Positions 39,838-49,739 of a stretch of DNA of 64,000 nt are shown one piece after another. Position 1 is the stretch's first letter. Every line of letters begins with the position of its first letter. Source of the DNA: Alphaproteobacteria bacterium (lineage in GTDB: Bacteria > Pseudomonadota > Alphaproteobacteria > UBA7887). The stretch lies in the NCBI GenBank assembly GCA_965216755.1, contig CBDCGL010000011.1, positions 2,720,001-2,784,000 of the forward strand, in the 5' to 3' direction. Under the pieces are notes generated by a model. That model did not search any database. It worked only from the letters and a program-made list of their open reading frames with translations, and had not been told where the DNA came from. The translations under genes and the position numbers were made by a program.

Positions 39838-41154
39838 ATGGCATGGGAACACAACAAAGAGCAGTGCCCGCTGGCCGCCGTCGATCGGCGGCTCGAAGAC
39901 GTGCATCGGTTTTGGCACCAAGCGGAGGAAGTCTACTTCGACCCTGACGCCTTCCGTGTTGCCATTCAGGCGGCGATCCAGACCGCGCGGACCGTGACGC
40001 TTGTTCTTCAAAAAAATAAGAATGTCCTCCCCGACTTCGACAAATGGTACGAGCCTTGGCAGGAAAAACTCGGTGCCAACGCGCTTATGAAATGGATGGT
40101 GGAGGCGCGCAATCGCATTGAAAAGCAAGGCGACCTTGACGCGCATAGCTTTGTGAGCGCCGAAATCGTCGCTTCGCACCTGGACGAAGGCCTGCACATC
40201 CAGGTTCCAGCAAGGTTATCCGACGCACCGCTGGCTCTCATAAGAAGCATTCCCGCGAACGCCCTCGGCGAACACATGAAAAAGGACGGCATCTTGAGAA
40301 TCCGCCGCCGCTGGATCGAGAACAGCTTGCCGGACTACGAGCTTCTGGATGCGGTCGCAGATGCCTACGGCCAACTCTCCCAAGTCGTACGCGCCGCGCA
40401 CCGTCAGATGGGCGTCGGCGGTCCGGAGACGACGAACGTGACGACGGGCCAGACTTACCCCGACGGTGATCGCGCTGGGCGCTTGCCGTGCATGATCGGG
40501 CACGAAGACGCACGCACGCTCGACGTTTGGCTGGCGACAGGCGAGCCATTGGAATTCTCAGAAGTACCGCACAAAGTCGATCTATCTAAAGGTCCCGAGG
40601 TGATGAAGCGGTACGGCGTCGAGCCGCAAGAGATGTTTGCAGACAGTGGACTGCCGGAGGACCACGCCCGCACGCTATTCGCCACCGCCCGCAAGATGTT
40701 CGAGAAAGACGGCTACCACATCACGCTGGCGATTCTATTACCCGATGGTAAGCCTGCCGCGTTCCGCGAGCTGCGGCCCGAAGAACACGGTCACAAATAC
40801 ATGATGATGCGCAACCTTGCGCATGAAGCCCAACGCATTGGTGCGGACTCTGTGATCCTCATCAGCGAATCATGGAGCGCGCCCGCTAACCCAGCCAAAC
40901 CCTACATGCGGCCCGTGGATTCACCTGATCGCCGCGAGCTTCTGACAGCGACAGTCGTGTCGAAAGCCGGAGAGCCACTACATCTGTCAGCGGAAATATT
41001 TCGAGAGAAGAACAAGGTTTCGCTAGGCGAGACACACGAGAATAGCGGCGGCTCGCACTACGCCTTCGCGCCATTCTACGAAGTGTGGGGCAAGGAAATT
41101 CCTGCGATCTGGGTTTCCGGGGAACGCACCGCCGATTCTGCTGAAGAGAAATAG
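39838..41154 (+). CDS. Hypothetical protein, 438 aa
   Basis: Long ORF with natural composition lying between repeat copies B and C. No family recognised with confidence. Confidence 0.8.
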   Translation: MAWEHNKEQCPLAAVDRRLEDVHRFWHQAEEVYFDPDAFRVAIQAAIQTARTVTLVLQKNKNVLPDFDKWYEPWQEKLGANALMKWMVEARNRIEKQGDLDAHSFVSAEIVASHLDEGLHIQVPARLSDAPLALIRSIPANALGEHMKKDGILRIRRRWIENSLPDYELLDAVADAYGQLSQVVRAAHRQMGVGGPETTNVTTGQTYPDGDRAGRLPCMIGHEDARTLDVWLATGEPLEFSEVPHKVDLSKGPEVMKRYGVEPQEMFADSGLPEDHARTLFATARKMFEKDGYHITLAILLPDGKPAAFRELRPEEHGHKYMMMRNLAHEAQRIGADSVILISESWSAPANPAKPYMRPVDSPDRRELLTATVVSKAGEPLHLSAEIFREKNKVSLGETHENSGGSHYAFAPFYEVWGKEIPAIWVSGERTADSAEEK

Positions 41155-41213
41155 AACGTCCTTGGCCGCCCTTTAGCACCCGGCACAAAACAGAGTTGCA
41201 TGCGCAACCCTGT

Positions 41214-41269
41214 GGGGTTCGGTTCACGAGAGCCCGACCCTCCGTAGCCGTAACGAAGGAGGGCGCGCC
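41214..41269 (+). repeat. Structured dispersed repeat, copy C (partial)
   Basis: GGGGTTCGGTTCACGAGAGCCCG-A-CCCTCC...GGAGGG-CGCGCC. Confidence 0.75.
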
Positions 41270-41342
41270 TCATCACAAAGCGCCATTCAGCAGGAGCGAC
41301 TGAAACACAATTGAGACAATCAGAAAGCCAATCGAATGCTCT

Positions 41343-43013
41343 TTAACGTGCCTTCCAGATTATGAGGCTAGCGAGTGAAAGTATTCGGATCATGTCGATA
41401 ACTTTGTTGTGGTCAAAGCGCAAAAGGCCAAGGTGGGCTCCTTCATTGCGAATGACCCAGAAGGAGAGCAAGGCCCGAACGACCGGATTGTAGGCGCCGC
41501 CCGCCTTGATGCGCGCGATCTGCGCGAGCCTACTCGGCAAAGTGCTCTTGCCCGTATCTACGAGCTTTCCGTAGCGCGTAAATAGAGGGCAGAGATCAAC
41601 CGGCCCATTCACATTAAAAATGCGCCGAAGCTTTCGGGATAAAGTATCACCGCGCGGCTCAAGGCCTCGGTCGATAATCGCTTCATTGGCAATCATCTCA
41701 CATAATGTGGCCATGTTAACGAGTTCGGATGTCGAAGCCGCTCGGTGAATTGGATCGTCCCGCCGCTCCAGATCAACGAGCCGCCGGAAATGCCAGTAAT
41801 ATTGGTAAAGTCCTCTTTCTTCCAACCAATCGCAAAAATGACCTAATTCTGCTTCACTGACCGGAAATGGAGCCGGCAAAGGGCCAAGCGCTTCATCCGC
41901 CCATCGCTTTAGCGAGCGGATCGTCAAGGAGCGCTGCTCTTCCGTCCAGTCGGGATAAACCACTTCAAGTGTAGGTCTGAAATGACCCATGCGCCGTCCT
42001 ACGCGAGCGACTACATCGCGGGGATTAATCGCCGTCGCGCTGCGCAAGAACATGATCGAAGAATGGATGTTGCGCTTGTACTCCTCTGCTACAGCCGCAG
42101 GGCCGACCTTCTGCGCGTTATGCCACCACTCACACTGCTTGCCGATAAAGCTGATCACATCGTCTTCGGATAGTCCGCTTGCGCGAAACGTCTGATCCGC
42201 GATCTCACGTTCGCGTCGCAAATATCGCTGCCATGGCCTGTAGGGTATGCGGCCATGTTGATCGCGGTCGCCTATGAAAGTTTGAAGCGAGTTATGCGCA
42301 TAGGCATGAAAATACCCTACCGCCTTAAAGTGCCGCTCGTACTCTCTAAGCTCACGAAGTTCGCGGTAGCCCTCAATATTGACGCTCTGTTGTGAGCGTG
42401 TCCTTAGCTCGTCAAGAGTTAGCACATTGCCACGCAGGACTTCTGTTCCTAGATGCTCGTCATCAAGCGGATAATAGATATGCACGCCCGAGCGCAGGAT
42501 CGCAGCGAGCCAGAATATTTGCCAGTAGTGATAGAAGCTTGGCGTATCGTGATCGGGGTTCGAAAGGATGGGACCGCCATCAGTTTGATAGAGACGGACG
42601 CGGCGGTCTTCCCATGATGTGAAGCTATCGCGCGAAAACTCCGTCTGGATAAACGGACGATGCGCATCATCGAGCACGTCGAGCGCGTGAATGCTCTCTC
42701 CATAGCGGTGCGCATCGGGCCAGCGCGCGATGGCCTGCATGAGAGAGGCGGCGTCATTAAGGCGCGACCCGTCCGGCTCGATGGGATCGACGATATCGAC
42801 ATGCGGGTAGGTCTCACGGGTGCAACGCCGCAAAATATCCGCAGGCAGATTGATCCGGCACACGGGCGTCAGCAGACCTTCTCTTTCAAGAAACTCCATC
42901 AGCTCCCTTGCAGGAGGATGCGTGCTTAGATCGAGATCAACGGCGTAATCGCACAGTTCTTTTTGACGTATGTAGCGCCGCCCGAATCTGTTTTTTGTTC
43001 TTATTGGCGTCAT
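41343..43013 (-). CDS. Hypothetical protein with C-terminal HEPN-like RNxxxH motif
   Basis: Start taken as ATG 43013 (MTPIRTK), 19 bp after the herA stop. Helical C-terminus with IRNEGAH. Confidence 0.7.
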   Translation of the reverse strand: MTPIRTKNRFGRRYIRQKELCDYAVDLDLSTHPPARELMEFLEREGLLTPVCRINLPADILRRCTRETYPHVDIVDPIEPDGSRLNDAASLMQAIARWPDAHRYGESIHALDVLDDAHRPFIQTEFSRDSFTSWEDRRVRLYQTDGGPILSNPDHDTPSFYHYWQIFWLAAILRSGVHIYYPLDDEHLGTEVLRGNVLTLDELRTRSQQSVNIEGYRELRELREYERHFKAVGYFHAYAHNSLQTFIGDRDQHGRIPYRPWQRYLRREREIADQTFRASGLSEDDVISFIGKQCEWWHNAQKVGPAAVAEEYKRNIHSSIMFLRSATAINPRDVVARVGRRMGHFRPTLEVVYPDWTEEQRSLTIRSLKRWADEALGPLPAPFPVSEAELGHFCDWLEERGLYQYYWHFRRLVDLERRDDPIHRAASTSELVNMATLCEMIANEAIIDRGLEPRGDTLSRKLRRIFNVNGPVDLCPLFTRYGKLVDTGKSTLPSRLAQIARIKAGGAYNPVVRALLSFWVIRNEGAHLGLLRFDHNKVIDMIRILSLASLIIWKAR

Positions 43014-43032
43014 CGCATTGCACTCGCATAGC

Positions 43033-45171
43033 TTAGTCCGGCGGCAAGGCTTCGCCATTTGCCGGTGGGTCTTCGCCTTCGGCCTGCTCCCATGATGATG
43101 CGATAGGAGGCCAGTCTGGAGGCACACCCTCCCGGCGCAGCCAGGTACCCCAGAATTTCGGATCATCCGAACGCGGACGTTGTGGCCTCTGCAGATCACG
43201 AATGCGAATAAGCACAGGTGTTGGCACGGCCCACCCGAGAAGAATGGCCTGTTGCGAGGGAAGAGTTGGAAGTTCGCCGAGAAGCCCGCCCAGAGCATCG
43301 GGAACCAGGCGGCGGACTAGATTCTGGTCTACATCATTGACGATACGGTGAAGCAGGAACGAATTGCACTGCGCGAGCACGGTTGGTGAAAGCTCTAATG
43401 GGCGCTGCGAGGCAAGAACCAAGCCCAACCCGAATTTGCGCCCCTCTCGTGCGATACGCTCAAATGTCTGACGGCACAACTCAGAGGCTTGCGCGCTGGC
43501 ACCGACATCGGCGTCCCGGCGCACAAAACTGTGCGCTTCTTCGAGCACAACGACCGTGGGCAAAGAAGCATCATTTTCTTTGATGTGACGCTGCAACGCC
43601 TCGAAGATCAGGCGGGATATGACAGCAATAGCAATATGAACGACATCCGAAGGAACAAGCGAGAGATCGAGGATAACAAGCGGTTCCTGATTGCCTTCTA
43701 CCGGCCCTAGAAGACTATTGAGCCATGAGCCAAGCGAATCGGCACCCTCGGTGTCGATCACGGGGCGGAGCCCTGCATCGCCAAGCATAACCTGTATTCG
43801 GTTTATGAGCGGCTCAACATTGTTCAGCGCCTGCCCACCCGTTGCCATGGCAACGTCGTGGATGCGGTCGGGAAGCGCGGCGACATCAAAGCGAACGGGC
43901 GCATCCTCACTGATTTCGCCGTGCGTTGCTGCGATGGAAAAGGCGTCGGTAATCGTGCGGAGCTGTGCTAGTACGATTTGCACATCGGCTGGCTGAAAAT
44001 CGTTGTAGCCAGAGGAGTTTTGTGATGTCCAGTGGCGGCGCGCGCGCACTTGTTCAATCGGATCACGAATGGCGATAATGGCGTCTTTCAGATCAGCCGC
44101 GTCCGCGCCGTACTCTTCCAAGGTTGCCTCGTCGGTCTCGCTCAGCCCGAGAAGTCCTTCGAGCAATGATCCAAAATCACGATTCTGGGGAAACCCGGCG
44201 ACGCTTTGGGGCAATTCGGCATAAAGTTGTTCTACTTGACGCACATAGCCGTTGTAGCGGCGAGTGGCTTGCACACTTGCCGTCATTGCTGATGAGCCGG
44301 CGTTACGCAATTGCCGCAGCGCTCTTAGGAGTAAGGGGCGTTGCACTCCGGGTTGTGCGGAAGTGAAGGCAGCCCATTCCTGTCCGTTCCAGAGCCAGCC
44401 GGGCACAGTGAGTGGACGTATATCACCCTGACCGCCAACGGAAAAGCGCCGCACAGGCAATGTCCCATCGTTAAACGCCTGCGCATATTCGCCGTTGGGA
44501 TCAAGGATTATGAAGCGGGCGTTGGCAGGCTCGCCATTTTGCCCGTCCGGCTGGGCCGCCTTAGCGCTTTCCAGAGACCAGCGCACGATGCCTGCGACCG
44601 AGCACGACTTGCCGCTTCCGGTATTGCCCAGAACGGCAAGATGCCTACCAAAGAGTTTATCGGGATGGACCCACACGCGGGCGTTGCCTGCAAAAGGCGC
44701 CGTTCCGATTTGAATGAGTCTATCATCGGTCTTGGCTTCGACAATCGAGCGCAATTGGATAGCGCTCGGAAGGAGAACAGGATCGCCAACTGAGGGTAAA
44801 ACCGGAACACCGCGTTCAAGAGAGTAAAGCGGCTGGCCGTCTTCATCCTCGCCTTCGCGGAAGAGCGTCCCGAAGGGGATGGCAATCACGGTGCGGGCCG
44901 GAAAGGGAAGATCGACAAGCGCTTCATCCTTTTTACCGTTACCAGGCCTTGCGCGGACGATGGAGATTTCCTTGATAGCCGCAACGACAGCTCCGGTCTC
45001 ATTGGGAACCAGAACGTAGGCGTTTACTCGCGGAAAACCTGTCGGCGTGCCAGTATTAAGCGCTGTAGCCTGCGGCGTTTCGTTGAAAAGTGCGATACGT
45101 AGCTCGTCCGCTGTGACTGTTTCGACCCTGCCAACAGAGAGCGTTCCGATACGCTCGACAATCGTAGTCAT
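43033..45171 (-). CDS. HerA/FtsK-family ATPase (anti-phage HerA type)
   Basis: HAS-barrel-like N-terminus, RHLAVLGNTGSGKS, ILDPNGEY, VLEEAH, RIAREGRKFG, SQRP, QCNSFLLHR. Confidence 0.93.
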   Translation of the reverse strand: MTTIVERIGTLSVGRVETVTADELRIALFNETPQATALNTGTPTGFPRVNAYVLVPNETGAVVAAIKEISIVRARPGNGKKDEALVDLPFPARTVIAIPFGTLFREGEDEDGQPLYSLERGVPVLPSVGDPVLLPSAIQLRSIVEAKTDDRLIQIGTAPFAGNARVWVHPDKLFGRHLAVLGNTGSGKSCSVAGIVRWSLESAKAAQPDGQNGEPANARFIILDPNGEYAQAFNDGTLPVRRFSVGGQGDIRPLTVPGWLWNGQEWAAFTSAQPGVQRPLLLRALRQLRNAGSSAMTASVQATRRYNGYVRQVEQLYAELPQSVAGFPQNRDFGSLLEGLLGLSETDEATLEEYGADAADLKDAIIAIRDPIEQVRARRHWTSQNSSGYNDFQPADVQIVLAQLRTITDAFSIAATHGEISEDAPVRFDVAALPDRIHDVAMATGGQALNNVEPLINRIQVMLGDAGLRPVIDTEGADSLGSWLNSLLGPVEGNQEPLVILDLSLVPSDVVHIAIAVISRLIFEALQRHIKENDASLPTVVVLEEAHSFVRRDADVGASAQASELCRQTFERIAREGRKFGLGLVLASQRPLELSPTVLAQCNSFLLHRIVNDVDQNLVRRLVPDALGGLLGELPTLPSQQAILLGWAVPTPVLIRIRDLQRPQRPRSDDPKFWGTWLRREGVPPDWPPIASSWEQAEGEDPPANGEALPPD

Positions 45172-46448
45172 GCCGCCCCGCCTTCGCAGTCAGGCTCTCC
45201 CTGGCCCGTCTTTCCCCGCCGTTCAACCAGTTCACTCATTCGAATGGTTAGCGGATCAATGGCAGGCTTGGGCAGATAGTGTGCGACAAGCTGAGCAATA
45301 TCGCCGAAGTGTTTGCCAAGAAGGAGCGTGAGTTGCTGCGGCCTTCCAGCGCGCTCCACAAATGCAGAAACTCTTTCATGCGGCTTTTCACCCCAACCGA
45401 GAATGACGAGGTGCGTAGACGGGATCGTCAGCATGTCCCCGATAACTCTGTTGATGTGGTCGTCGCCAAAACCGAAGCCATAGCTTACAAGAACGTTGTT
45501 CGGCTGGCAGATTGATGATGAAAAATCGCGGAAGAGATCGGCATAGGGATAGGCAGCCGTCTCTACGTCCTTGACCGCATTGGGATAGATCATCACCGAG
45601 TTGCGCGGGCTATCAGGCACCGCAGGATGCGTTGCGTCTGCACCAAAGGGCAGGCCCGTGCGGTAAAGGCGCGGTTGTTCGTAGCGCCAGTCGAGCGAAC
45701 CGTGAAGCTTTGTAAAATGCATCACGCCTTCAAGATGGCGGGGCTCACCGCGAATACCCGGCGGCGTGTAGTGCATATCGATGTGCAGACGGGATGATCT
45801 GAATTCCGGGTCAAGTGCACCAATAAATCGGTCGATGATGCGAAGCCCGGCATGATCGCAGCCATGTTCAATCAAGCGGTCATAGTTGGTGGTAAATATG
45901 TGTAACCTTTCTCGCGATGCTGCGCGGCTGGCAAAACTCATCAGGAAGGAAACTAGAATCTCACTTGGCGAAGGCCCGCCAGCGGCGGGCACCGTGTTCA
46001 AGCCGTCGGCGATGCCTTTCTCAGTCGCAAGCACGTCCTTGATGAATCCGCCAAGCACATTGTCGATTGCCGCTTCCCAGGCAGGAGCGTCCTCATGTTC
46101 GAGAATTTGCAGACCGGCGAGAAGCGCGAGCGCGGCAGAAATTTGGTCTTCAATATTGGCGCTGCCACGCCCCATGCCTTCGGCCATCTTCTTCGCGTGC
46201 GCGTTAACCTTCTCCACGCCTTCGCAATCAAATTCGGCCTCGGCCATGGTGACGGGCGCGGCACCGGCTTGAACAGCAATGCCGGTGGTAAAGCCATTGC
46301 CGAGAAGAAGGGACAGGTGTTCGGCTTGAAAGACAGCTGACAGCCATGGCTCGATACGTCTGCGCCATGCGCCCGTATCACTAGCCGGGTCTTCGGGAAC
46401 GTGCGTCTCACCACCGATATGAACGATATGATCATGATCCCAATTCAT
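45168..46448 (-). CDS. SIR2-like (SIR2_2) protein
   Basis: [41 protein letters not shown] overlaps with both neighbours. Confidence 0.9.
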   Translation of the reverse strand: MNWDHDHIVHIGGETHVPEDPASDTGAWRRRIEPWLSAVFQAEHLSLLLGNGFTTGIAVQAGAAPVTMAEAEFDCEGVEKVNAHAKKMAEGMGRGSANIEDQISAALALLAGLQILEHEDAPAWEAAIDNVLGGFIKDVLATEKGIADGLNTVPAAGGPSPSEILVSFLMSFASRAASRERLHIFTTNYDRLIEHGCDHAGLRIIDRFIGALDPEFRSSRLHIDMHYTPPGIRGEPRHLEGVMHFTKLHGSLDWRYEQPRLYRTGLPFGADATHPAVPDSPRNSVMIYPNAVKDVETAAYPYADLFRDFSSSICQPNNVLVSYGFGFGDDHINRVIGDMLTIPSTHLVILGWGEKPHERVSAFVERAGRPQQLTLLLGKHFGDIAQLVAHYLPKPAIDPLTIRMSELVERRGKTGQGEPDCEGGAA

Positions 46449-47182
46449 GACCTTGCCGCCTCCGCTGCCACATGGCCTGCGAGCTCGCTGACAAAGGTCC
46501 GAAGGCCGGTCATTTCGCTAAGGTCTGAGTATTCGCCGGTACCGGCGCCGTTGCGCGGCGATATGATGACCGACGCCGCCGTGTAGAGTTGCTCCTGCAC
46601 CAACTTACGACACAAGATGTTGTAACGGTCGGCATAGGACGCAGTCTCAAATTCAGCAAAAACCGGAAAATGCGGTGAGATATCCTTGACCGGCGCGCGT
46701 GATTTCGGGGCATCCTCGAGCAACATGAGCCAGCCAACAAAGGGCCGCGGCTGTTCGCCGAATGCGCCTTCGCGATAGGCGGTCCACAGGTCGTGGGCAT
46801 TGCCGATGGCCTCTTCGGTCCGGTTGTTGAAATTGTTGCCGAATGACGGACCGACTTGGCTCTTGAACTCCAGCACCGCGACCAAATGGCCCCGATTCAT
46901 TACGAGCAGGTCCCACTGCTTCGTTGGCCGAAAATAACCCGGAAGCGTCACGACCCGGCGCTTTCTGTGGATGTCTGCGAGACCGAGACCGTTGGCGCGC
47001 ACGATCTCCACGACCAGCGCGACGAACCCATCCATATTCTTGCCCGCCGTGACACCAGCGCGCTCGCCCTGATCTGCGTTGCCTGACTCGATTTGTTTCT
47101 GACGGGCCTGCTCACGATTGCCCCAGAACGCCTGAACAGCCTCGCGCGCCTTTTGTTCGTAATTTGCCAGATCAATCGCCAT
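46445..47182 (-). CDS. Type II restriction endonuclease, PaeR7I/XhoI family (predicted CTCGAG)
   Basis: [52 protein letters not shown], closely resembling R.PaeR7I as I recall it. Confidence 0.9.
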   Translation of the reverse strand: MAIDLANYEQKAREAVQAFWGNREQARQKQIESGNADQGERAGVTAGKNMDGFVALVVEIVRANGLGLADIHRKRRVVTLPGYFRPTKQWDLLVMNRGHLVAVLEFKSQVGPSFGNNFNNRTEEAIGNAHDLWTAYREGAFGEQPRPFVGWLMLLEDAPKSRAPVKDISPHFPVFAEFETASYADRYNILCRKLVQEQLYTAASVIISPRNGAGTGEYSDLSEMTGLRTFVSELAGHVAAEAARS

Positions 47183-47193
47183 GCCCGTCTTTC

Positions 47194-48921
47194 TTATGCG
47201 TTTCCGTTTCCTCCGAGTGCGGCCCTCTCATCCTTGGACAAGCGATAGAGCTTGAATGCCGCCTTGTTGCAGGCCTCCGTATCACCGCGTTGTGCCGCCT
47301 TGATTAGCGCGCCCTTGATATCGGCAGGCACGTCCTGCCAGCGCGGCAGGCGAATTCGCCGCAGGTATTGCGCCTGAAAGCGGAAATAGCCACCCCGCAT
47401 CTGCGTTGAGTAGATCGAAACGAACAATCGTGCAATCCCTGATTGCAGCACAGACTGCAAAGCCTTCAAGTCCCATTTATCGGACGTGATGAAATAAAGA
47501 TTGTGGTGCGGGTAAAGCTTGCCGTCCTCATAGACGATATGGGCTTCACCCTTGATGTCGGGGATGAGCAGCTTCGGCTTGGTGGCGAGTACCGGGTAAA
47601 TCCGGTCAATGGTACGATACCAGTTTGCCGGTGCTTTTTTTGCAATATGCCGTTTGGCGATCTTGTCCTTGCGCGCTTCCAGATAGGCGCGCAGCTTGGG
47701 GTAGTTGCCGAGATCAACAAGCCCGACTTCATCGGCGAACGGATTGACGATGCCAAGCCCACGCCATTTGACCTCGCCGCTCAAGATATCGCGCGTCATG
47801 ACCAGCGGCAGCTTGCGGTCCGGCTCCACGTCAAGTTCGTCGAAGGGGCCGATAAAAGCCTTGTCATTGCCGGTTGCAACACCGATCCCGACCTTGCACC
47901 CGGCTTCTTCGATAAGCGGAAACTCGCTTTCCAGCCTGCGCACAAGGGCAAGCTGATCCGGGGATTCGAGTATCCAGGGTTCCGTTCCCGCCGCGACCCC
48001 CGCTAGCTCTTTGACAACGGAATCCGGACCCGGCACGTGTTTGGAAAGCAGCTGTTTGCCTAATGATCGCAGCGCTTTGTGGCTAATCCCCGGGCGGCGC
48101 GCGATGCGGGTCTTTCCCGGCTTTTCGTTGGCGATGATGGTAATGGCCGGATAAGCGATCACATCCGCATGGAAAGCAGGCGTATTCACCATGTCCACAT
48201 AGACCTTCAAGTGAAAACGCTCGGCAACAAGCTGCCGAAGCTGCCTGCCATAACGGTTCTTCATCCACCTGTCGGCGCAGATGAAACCGAGCGCGCTTTT
48301 TGTGCGAAGCAGATTCAGTGAGCGCTCGATGAAGGGGATATAGAGGTCGGCCCTGTCGAAGATCGTTTTGTACCGTGCACGGTACTCTGCCATCAGAGCG
48401 TCCGGAATAAGTTCCTGCCGAACGTAAGGTGGGTTGCCAACTACGTAGTCGAATGCGTCGGGTATGGGTGTGAGAAGAAAATCCCCACATACCAGCCAGG
48501 TATTTGTGAGACGCTCCGCATCACGATACTTTATCCCAGCTTCTATGAGCTGCGTGACAACGCGTTTACGCGTTGCTGAAAACGTGCTCTTGTGAAGCTC
48601 AACCGCTTTGATGCTGTCTTTGAGGCTCTCGAACGCATTGCCCTTTCCGCGGTGTCGCCGCCATGCTTCGAGCAAGCGCTCGACGATGATCAGAAGAAAA
48701 TCCCCCTCGCCAAATGAGGGCTCTAGGAGGCGGCGCTCGAATAGAGGCTTGTTGGGCGTGTAGCCCAAGAGGTCGAGAATGAACTCTACAACTTCGCGGC
48801 GCGTGTAGATTGCGCCTCGTTCTTCAATACCGGCAACAGCAAGATCTTTTAATGCATCCTCAACCGGACACATACCTGGAATCGACATCTGGCGGAGCTG
48901 AGGGTGTGCTGGTTCCGGCAT
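47194..48921 (-). CDS. N6-adenine DNA methyltransferase, gamma class (M.PaeR7I/TaqI-like)
   Basis: [11 protein letters not shown] (motif I), VVGNPPYVR (motif IV), ADLY..FIE, TaqI_C-like KLLIPDIK. Confidence 0.93.
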   Translation of the reverse strand: MPEPAHPQLRQMSIPGMCPVEDALKDLAVAGIEERGAIYTRREVVEFILDLLGYTPNKPLFERRLLEPSFGEGDFLLIIVERLLEAWRRHRGKGNAFESLKDSIKAVELHKSTFSATRKRVVTQLIEAGIKYRDAERLTNTWLVCGDFLLTPIPDAFDYVVGNPPYVRQELIPDALMAEYRARYKTIFDRADLYIPFIERSLNLLRTKSALGFICADRWMKNRYGRQLRQLVAERFHLKVYVDMVNTPAFHADVIAYPAITIIANEKPGKTRIARRPGISHKALRSLGKQLLSKHVPGPDSVVKELAGVAAGTEPWILESPDQLALVRRLESEFPLIEEAGCKVGIGVATGNDKAFIGPFDELDVEPDRKLPLVMTRDILSGEVKWRGLGIVNPFADEVGLVDLGNYPKLRAYLEARKDKIAKRHIAKKAPANWYRTIDRIYPVLATKPKLLIPDIKGEAHIVYEDGKLYPHHNLYFITSDKWDLKALQSVLQSGIARLFVSIYSTQMRGGYFRFQAQYLRRIRLPRWQDVPADIKGALIKAAQRGDTEACNKAAFKLYRLSKDERAALGGNGNA

Positions 48922-49142
48922 CAATAAGTCTCTCCCGCTTTGGCCTGTTCCAATTCGCCGAGAGTCACCTCGATGGTCCCGCCATTCCTGTGACGCTGCA
49001 AAAACTCGCGCATGGATCGTCGAATGAGCCAGGAAGCCGTGACTTCGCTGTTCCGGGCCAGTTTGTCGAACGCGGCGTAGTCATCCGGATCGACCGTCAC
49101 CGTAATTCGCTTCATCGGCTTAAGTATTTTACGCTTCGGCAT
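48921..49142 (-). CDS. Ribbon-helix-helix (CopG-like) regulator
   Basis: [28 protein letters not shown]. Its TGA overlaps the methyltransferase ATG. Confidence 0.78.
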   Translation of the reverse strand: MPKRKILKPMKRITVTVDPDDYAAFDKLARNSEVTASWLIRRSMREFLQRHRNGGTIEVTLGELEQAKAGETY

Positions 49143-49566
49143 AGTTTGCATATCTCTGATGCATAGTTTCATAGCGCATAATACCATATCTGCGACGATT
49201 TAAAAGAAGGCATACCAAATCTGGGGGTGCAAATCGCTGTAAGCCGCGCAGCTCGCCGCATTCAAGAAAGGTTCCAGGTTATGCGCTAACGGCGATCCGT
49301 TCGTCGATGGGGTCCAGGGGAGAGCTGACATCTCCCCGGTCTCGATGAAATCGTCATGGGGTTTTCAGGGGAGCAGGAACGCGCCCTTGAATGGCGATGA
49401 AACAGCCACTCGTTTCTGCATGGTCCGGTGCAGGTGGAGAGGCATGTCTCCAGGTCCTGCGAGTGATTGACCGGCGATACGGTCTGCTGGCGCATGAAGG
49501 CTCGATGCCAGGCATGCGCCATGGGCCGGGGGGATGCAACGGGGGCGCGCTAGCGGGCCCCCTTGC

Positions 49567-49599
49567 CGAGATGGCGTTGTAGTACAACGCACATCTTGC
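49567..49599 (+). other. Candidate oriT
   Basis: Inverted repeat GCGTTGT-AGT-ACAACGC (49574-49590) immediately followed by ACATCTTG/C, resembling the MOBP nick consensus YATCCTG/Y. Confidence 0.4.
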
Positions 49600-49661
49600 G
49601 CGCGCGCTAGTTCTGTTGCGCTGGTCTGTTGCGCGCGCTAGTCCTGTTGCGCCGGTCTGTT
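49600..49661 (+). repeat. 31-bp tandem direct repeat (2 copies, 2 mismatches)
   Basis: GCGCGCGCTAGTTCTGTTGCGCTGGTCTGTT / GCGCGCGCTAGTCCTGTTGCGCCGGTCTGTT. Confidence 0.9.
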
Positions 49662-49739
49662 GTTGGTTTCGGTGCAGCGCGGGGTCACGCGGTAAATTCG
49701 GCTGAATTCATACGGCAATGCAGAATAGGGTCATCTTAG

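Noticed and set aside
43014-43298. 651-aa version of the HEPN-motif ORF
   Set aside because: It overlaps the herA 3' end by more than 260 bp. ATG 43013 just after the herA stop is more plausible.
46715-46720. Avoidance of CTCGAG as evidence of R-M activity
   Set aside because: CTCGAG occurs inside the REase gene and several times in the host flank. No depletion can be claimed without a count.
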